A stretch of 24,081 bases of DNA from Vermamoeba vermiformis (lineage: Eukaryota), in NCBI GenBank assembly GCA_045837725.1, contig JBEWZL010000264.1:62001-86081 (forward strand), given 5' to 3'. Below the pieces are notes generated by a model that was not told the DNA's origin, made no database searches, and was given only the letters and a program-made list of their open reading frames with translations. A program made the position numbers and the translations under genes. This document shows, piece after piece, positions 22,130 to 24,081 of the stretch (position 1 is the first letter of the stretch; each line of letters starts with the position of its first letter).

Positions 22130-23555
22130 ATGGAGGATACAACTGCCATGCAATTGAAGATTGACGATCTTCAAAATCAGATCAAAATTCTGTCACTTTC
22201 TGCCTTATCAGCGAATGGTTCATTTGCTCTTAGTGATAGAATTAAGCTCAATGTTGGAGGTAATTAGCAATTTAATTAATTTAGTCTTTAGATCGGATTA
22301 TTTTAGAATTCCATTCCAGTTTATAATCGATCGTTTGTACAAATTAAAATGATGATCTATGTAATATAGTATATCTGTGCAATAATAATAATTTTTTAGG
22401 CCATATTTTCGAAACTACAACGCAGACTTTAAGAAAGTATCCAGATTCGATGCTTGGTGCAATGTTTTCTGGCAGATTTGTAGTGGAAACTGATAAAGAT
22501 GGTAAGTGCGTTATAAATATAGTTAAGGAGTTGTTTCAAGATTTAATAATTAATTTTTAAAAATACGCATCCGAATTTAGAGCACGATTTTACTTCACTA
22601 TTGAGGACTTTATTAATTATTCGCATAGGATTTTATTTCTTAGATAGGGATGGGCCATCTTTTCGCTGTATATTGAATTTCTTACGCGACGGCATCGTTC
22701 CACGTCATTTAACGAAAGTAGATCTGGAGTTCCTCATCAACGAAGCGGAATATTTCGGAATAACTGAATTAATCAAGGCTATTAATACCGCTCCTATAAA
22801 CGGATCCTCATCAGACACAATCTCAGTCCACAAAATTGAGCAGATTCCGGATCACATCTACGAGTTTGGTCTGCCTAAGCAAGAAAATCAAATATTCCAC
22901 TTTGATACTATGCGCGGCTATTCATTCGAGGTTAGCAAGCCAATGAAGCTCGAATCAGCTCAACTTCTCGTCAGTTCAGAGAAACCTTTTGACGCTGAAG
23001 CCTATTTATTGCTTGAAAAAGGAGCTGTAGCACTTCAAACTGGCACTAAAATTAGCAATAGTAAGTCCTTGTTATTAATAGATTATCATTGAACTTTGTT
23101 GTGACTTACTGGCGAAATTCCGTTTTATGTACTTACAGATCCAGCTTTTCTCTTTATTCAATATCACTACTGTACTAGTAAAGTATTGGTTAAAAATCAG
23201 TTTTATTTATATAATATTATATTATGATTAGTTTTCATAATATCGTACATTTTAAAGTAATTTTTTTGAGCGTGTGACTGACCATGTTTCAGTTGTGTCC
23301 GACGAGCCCATATGGGTCACATCGCACTTCACGCCAGTAGAATTAGTTCCAGGTACGCGCTACACTATCGTGTGGTCATTTTCGCCGAAATCAGGCTACG
23401 TCTATTACACCGAGAACGGCTCAAACCCACAGCTGGGCCGCGATTTCGGACCTTTTACTGTTTACGGCCGTAAAGTACCCAGTAAGTGGAATATCGAGAG
23501 CAACTACTATAATATTAGAATGCGTGTCTCTGCTAAGAATATTGGCGACAAGTAA
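22130..23555 (+). CDS. KCTD-type BTB/POZ (T1) protein with C-terminal PHR/DUF4082-like beta-sandwich (308 aa)
   Basis: Exons 22130-22259, 22400-22501, 22629-23060, 23293-23555 (927 nt). BTB: IKLNVGGHIFETTTQTLRKYPDSMLGAMFSGRF...DKDGFYFLDRDGPSFRCILNFLRDG...EAEYFGITEL. C-terminus RGYSFEVSKPMKL...WVTSHFTPVELVPGTRYTIVW. Confidence 0.88.
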
Positions 23556-23699
23556 GGTGTTCGATTGGACCAAATCCGGATCCAAAAAATTGAATGAAAT
23601 TTCTCCGTTCGGAACCTATTGTAAATAGGAGGAGTTTTATGATAATAAACTGCTGTAACTAGGCAAGATTTTGATATTTCCAAGAAATTACTTCAGGTT

Positions 23700-24081
23700 T
23701 TAATTTACAGCTTCGTAGCCTTTTTGTCGCTTGGCATTTGCGTACTTCCATTTCGCCAAATAATATACTCTTATGCTTAACAATAGAGCTCCACATATAG
23801 ACAAAGATACGACTAATAAGGTTAGATCATTTTGACAAATGTCACCGTACTTCAATCCAGGACACAAACATTGAGTGGTATTGGTGCATCCGCCTCCATG
23901 CATTTGACAATCATTGCAGGTGTACTGACAAGCAGGTCCATAATATTCCTTGTGACATGTGCATGCTCCATTCAAGCTGCAATAACCATTTACGCATGGA
24001 TCGCAAGTTTTTTCGCATCTATCGCCGTAATAGCCTTCGTTACATTCGCAGCCATTACTTCTGCAATATCCATTGCCCGAA
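23700..24081 (-). CDS. EGF-like repeat single-pass membrane protein, 3' end only
   Basis: Open from the window edge: SGNGYCRSNGCECNEGYYGDRCEKTCDPCVNGYCSLNGACTCHKEYYGPACQYTCNDCQMHGGGCTNTTQCLCPGLKYGDIC (about three EGF-like repeats), TM segment LTLLVVSLSICGALLLSIRVYYL, short basic tail ending KGYEAVN*. Confidence 0.85.
   Translation of the reverse strand, partial: SGNGYCRSNGCECNEGYYGDRCEKTCDPCVNGYCSLNGACTCHKEYYGPACQYTCNDCQMHGGGCTNTTQCLCPGLKYGDICQNDLTLLVVSLSICGALLLSIRVYYLAKWKYANAKRQKGYEAVN

Noticed and set aside
21863-22352. Hydrophobic ORFs 21863-22105 and 22161-22352
   Set aside because: AT-rich intergenic or intronic translation and an off-frame overlap with BTB exon 1; non-ATG starts.
1-24081. 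Prokaryotic-type systems (CRISPR, operons, IS/transposase, rRNA)
   Set aside because: No spaced direct-repeat array, transposase or RT ORF, or rRNA-like sequence; almost the entire window is accounted for by spliced eukaryotic genes.

Overview
Gene-dense, intron-rich eukaryotic nuclear DNA: standard genetic code, short AT-rich GT-AG introns, donors mostly GTAAGT/GTACGT, CTAAC/CTAAT branch points. The organism is probably a unicellular protist; amoebozoan-like is an inference from gene content only. I assembled nine protein-coding genes by hand with phase-consistent splicing: (1) 5'-truncated RSPRY1-like SPRY protein with no C-terminal RING; (2) DUF2306-like multi-TM domain fused to a cytochrome-b5-reductase-type FAD/NADH domain; (3) small putative mitochondrial orphan protein; (4) CDKAL1 tRNA methylthiotransferase; (5) CX2CX18CX2C GATA factor with AT-hook, second atypical Zn finger and coiled-coil tail; (6) PTEN-like phosphatase-C2-PH-C2 protein whose frame is broken by one base near 12.9 kb; (7) an 18-exon FANCA-like gene divergent from it; (8) KCTD-type BTB protein with a PHR/DUF4082-like beta-sandwich; (9) the 3' end of an EGF-repeat single-pass membrane protein. 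No rRNA, tRNA, CRISPR or transposon was recognised. Best leads are the DUF2306-reductase fusion (candidate novel transmembrane electron-transfer enzyme), the protist FANCA homologue, the PTEN-PH architecture and its frame break, GATC enrichment in introns, and TGTANATA just downstream of several stop codons. All family assignments come from motif recognition by eye, not from database searches.
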